From a virus (lineage: Duplodnaviria > Caudoviricetes): a stretch of DNA of 64,000 nucleotides. The stretch spans positions 1 through 64,000 of IMG/VR virus record IMGVR_UViG_2974598881_000001. One strand, 5' to 3'. This document shows, piece after piece, positions 63,783 through 64,000 of this stretch; position 1 is the first letter of the stretch; each line of letters begins with the position of its first letter. The notes under the pieces are model-generated. The model was not told the origin of the DNA and searched no databases. It saw only the letters and a list, made by a program, of their open reading frames with translations. The translations under genes and the position numbers were made by a program.

Positions 63783-63986
63783 TTACTTGGTCTTGCTAAG
63801 TAGGTAGGCGAGATCACGTTCGATGTTCTCGGCTCGGTGCAGCGCGAACATCTGACCGATGTTCGATATGCGCGTGACGGCGTACTCGAGCGCCTCGTCA
63901 CGTTCGCGGGTGAGACGTTCGATCACCTCGGCGGGCGGCTCGTCGCAATCGCACGCGGCGATCAGTTGTGTGCACTCGGGACACAC
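63783..63986 (-). CDS. Hypothetical protein (may extend beyond the window)
   Basis: CPEC...CDC; near the window edge. Confidence 0.45.
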   Translation of the reverse strand: MCPECTQLIAACDCDEPPAEVIERLTRERDEALEYAVTRISNIGQMFALHRAENIERDLAYLLSKTK

Positions 63987-64000
63987 GAGCTCGGCCTCGC

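Noticed and set aside
1-64000. Frequent CTCGAG/TCGA as the methyltransferase target
   Set aside because: It is readily explained by CTC-GAG and xTC-GAx codon pairs in GC-rich coding DNA; a codon-controlled count and methylome data are needed.

Overview
This window is a contiguous piece of a dsDNA siphovirus-type actinobacteriophage genome. WhiB, a LysB-like esterase, an MmpS-like protein and a split lysin A point to a mycolic-acid host such as Gordonia or Rhodococcus (inference). The left arm (1-36.3 kb, + strand) holds terminase, a Mu gp29-like portal, protease/scaffold, capsid, head-tail and tail genes. It also holds a tRNA-Asn, a -1 frameshifted tail assembly chaperone, a 2909-aa tape measure with peptidoglycan-hydrolase motifs, minor tail genes and a lysis cassette. 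The right arm (36.4-64 kb, - strand) holds a Cas4-like nuclease, WhiB, a DNA methyltransferase, MazG-like, RusA-like, sliding clamp, Orn-like exonuclease, SNF2 helicase, an SSB-like protein, a MoxR AAA+/VWA pair and many small ORFs. I saw no integrase, DNA polymerase, reverse transcriptase or CRISPR array. The best leads are: (i) an apparently self-contained unit encoding an Sm/Hfq-like protein followed by a ~300-nt structured non-coding region (53.9-54.8 kb); (ii) an intact WhiB frame with no ATG/GTG/TTG start, reachable by -1 slippage at C CCT TTA; (iii) a genome-wide pattern in which promoter -10 elements sit inside short inverted repeats. All family assignments come from motif recognition by eye; no searches or folding programs were run.
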